From positions 14,166 to 78,165 of the forward strand of contig CAWBGG010000004.1 of assembly GCA_963788205.1 (NCBI GenBank): a stretch of DNA of 64,000 nucleotides, written 5' to 3'. Of this stretch, positions 62,545 through 64,000 are shown one piece after another. The DNA comes from an uncultured delta proteobacterium (lineage in GTDB: Bacteria > Desulfobacterota > Binatia > Binatales > Binataceae). The position numbers and the translations under genes are program-made. A model generated the notes under the pieces. That model ran no database searches. It was given only the letters and a program-made list of their open reading frames with translations, and was not told where the DNA came from. Position 1 is the first letter of the stretch. Every line of letters starts with the position of its first letter.

Positions 62545-63727
62545 TCAGGGCGTGCCGCTGGACGGATCGGCCGAGGCGGCTTCGCTGCCGCCGACCGTCA
62601 CACCCTTGCGCACCCGCACGGTCATCTCCGGATGGGCCGGCACGTCGACCTTGAGACTCCGGTAGCCGCCGGTCTCGGGGTCGGGCGCAACGAAACCTAC
62701 CGTGTACTGCTCGCGGAGTTCGAGCGTGATTTGCTCGCAGGCATTGCGCAGCGCCTCGCCGTCGCCGACCCTCGCAATTATAAAAGTCTTGGCGCCGGTT
62801 TCGCCCGACAGCGTATTGAGAGTCTGCGCATCGACACGCTCTTCATCGCCACCGCCGGGCCCCAGCATAAACGGACCGATTGAGATTCCGAATCCCATCG
62901 AGGACGCATTGGGATTGCCGATCCCGATCGAGTAAACCAGCACGCCGAGTCGGCGCGCCTCTTCGACGACCTGTTCGATCGACGCCATATGGCTCGCCGT
63001 GTCCATCCCGTCGGTGACCACCAGCAGCGCCTTTTTGTCGTAGCGTCCGCGCTCGACCGTCAGCAAGCCGTCCATGATGACGTTGTAAAGCGCGGTCCGG
63101 CCCTCAGCGTGAAGGAGTCCCAGGCGCTCCAGCACCGCGTCGTGATCGGTCGTGAAGCCCTGGAGCAGGTAGGGCCGATAGGAAAACGCGACCAGAAAGA
63201 TGTCGTCGCGCGGATTGAGATCATTGACGAACTGGGAGATCGCGGCGCGCGCCTGCGGAAGCTTAGGCTGCATGCTGCCCGAGGTGTCCACTATGATTCC
63301 CACCGAGACCGGAGCCTTCAGGTCGCGGCGGAAAAACTCGATCTGGCCGTTGGGTGCCGTCAACGAAAAGCTTGATGTCGTCGCGATTGAGCCCGGTGAC
63401 GTAGCGCCCGGACGAATCGGTGACGGTCAGCGTGACCTGCGCATAGCCGGCCTGACCGCGCAATTGCCGGGGCGGAATCTCGAGTTCCTGTCCGGGCTGC
63501 GGCACCAGCGGGCGCAGGTTAGACGGCAGGTCGCCGCCTTGCGACGCCGGCATCTTCGGCAGCTCGAGCACCGAACTGCCGCCCTGCTGGCCCTGCGGCG
63601 AGATAATCGTCGCATTCGGCTGGCCAGACTGCTGGGCGAACGCGTCGCGTATCGCGCCGCCCGACAGCATCAGGAATAGCGCCGCCGCCAGCGCTGTCGA
63701 TTTAATCAAAGGCCGATTCGTGCGCAT
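62545..63727 (-). pseudogene. VWA-domain secreted protein (paralog type of 60459-61706), 1-nt frameshift near 63350-63365 (or consensus error)
   Basis: The N-terminal fragment 63263-63727 (signal peptide, ...VTGLNRDDIKLFVDG) and fragment 62545-63363 (APNGQIEFFRRDLKAPVSVGIIVDTSGSM...VVTDGMDTAS...IGIG) join if one G is added in GACGGCACCC. Confidence 0.75.
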
Positions 63728-63955
63728 CGTGATGTTCGCCCCGGTACCGCTATGATCTTCCTACTTGCATGCGCTGGGGGCAAGGCGGAACGCCGGGATG
63801 CTCGTGCTGCCTTATAGTTTAGACGTTGCGCCTGGGCGCCCGTTTCATCCCATTCGCCGCCAATGCGCCGCTTGTATGTCGGGTGCAGGATGGCTCAGAT
63901 TGATGGCACAGATTCAAGGCTGCGGACTACGGAATTGATTTTACAGGAGGCGCCG

Positions 63956-64000
63956 ATGGACATTCATGCCGAGATTTGCGGAGCAATCGATCAGTACAAG
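63956..64000 (+). CDS. 5' end of an unidentified gene (partial, runs off the window)
   Basis: AGGAGG (63945-63950) lies 5 nt upstream of ATG 63956. Reads MDIHAEICGAIDQYK... to the window edge. Confidence 0.35.
   Translation, partial: MDIHAEICGAIDQYK

Overview
High-GC (about two-thirds G+C by eye) bacterial chromosomal segment, probably from an uncultured soil or sediment lineage. Lineage hints: two VWA lipoproteins resembling the Acidobacteria-type VWFA family, an archaeal-type FBP aldolase/phosphatase, and GTAG-headed REP elements next to a RAYT gene. I saw no rRNA, tRNA or CRISPR array.

Housekeeping genes:
- cca, a three-gene ABC importer, trmL, dtd, lgt, a TlpA-type redoxin and a C-terminal processing protease
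- a cusCBA-type metal efflux operon, xseA/xseB and tlyA
- a ROK kinase, thiC, bcp and a MoeZ-like adenylyltransferase

Accessory blocks of visibly lower GC:
1. 5253-10125: two intact IS1595-family elements, one nested inside the other. Each has terminal inverted repeats, an 8-bp target duplication and its own cargo genes. They sit just upstream of a hicBA pair.
2. 10662-17100: a cytochrome P450 plus a 1658-aa secreted protein with a 7-blade NHL-like propeller and a Pro/Thr linker. A shared ~60-nt element lies upstream of both genes.
3. 17.5-20.7 kb: a lipoprotein, a trypsin-like protease, an orphan Phd/YefM antitoxin and two unassigned genes.
4. 23.5-30.4 kb: tandem class III cyclase / STAND ATPase / TPR paralogs sharing a ~1.9-kb near-identical core.
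5. 51.2-54.2 kb: a helical-domain + P-loop STAND NTPase + TPR locus.
6. 57.2-57.8 kb: a RAYT whose coding sequence contains an exact inverted copy of its flanking REP.
7. 59.1-60.5 kb: a hicB / wHTH / hicA islet bracketed by a duplicated 3' end of the MoeZ-like gene.

Caveat: at least eight otherwise conserved genes carry single-base frameshifts, several at short homopolymers. This suggests consensus indel errors (long-read-like) rather than mass pseudogenisation. All pseudogene calls should be read with that in mind.
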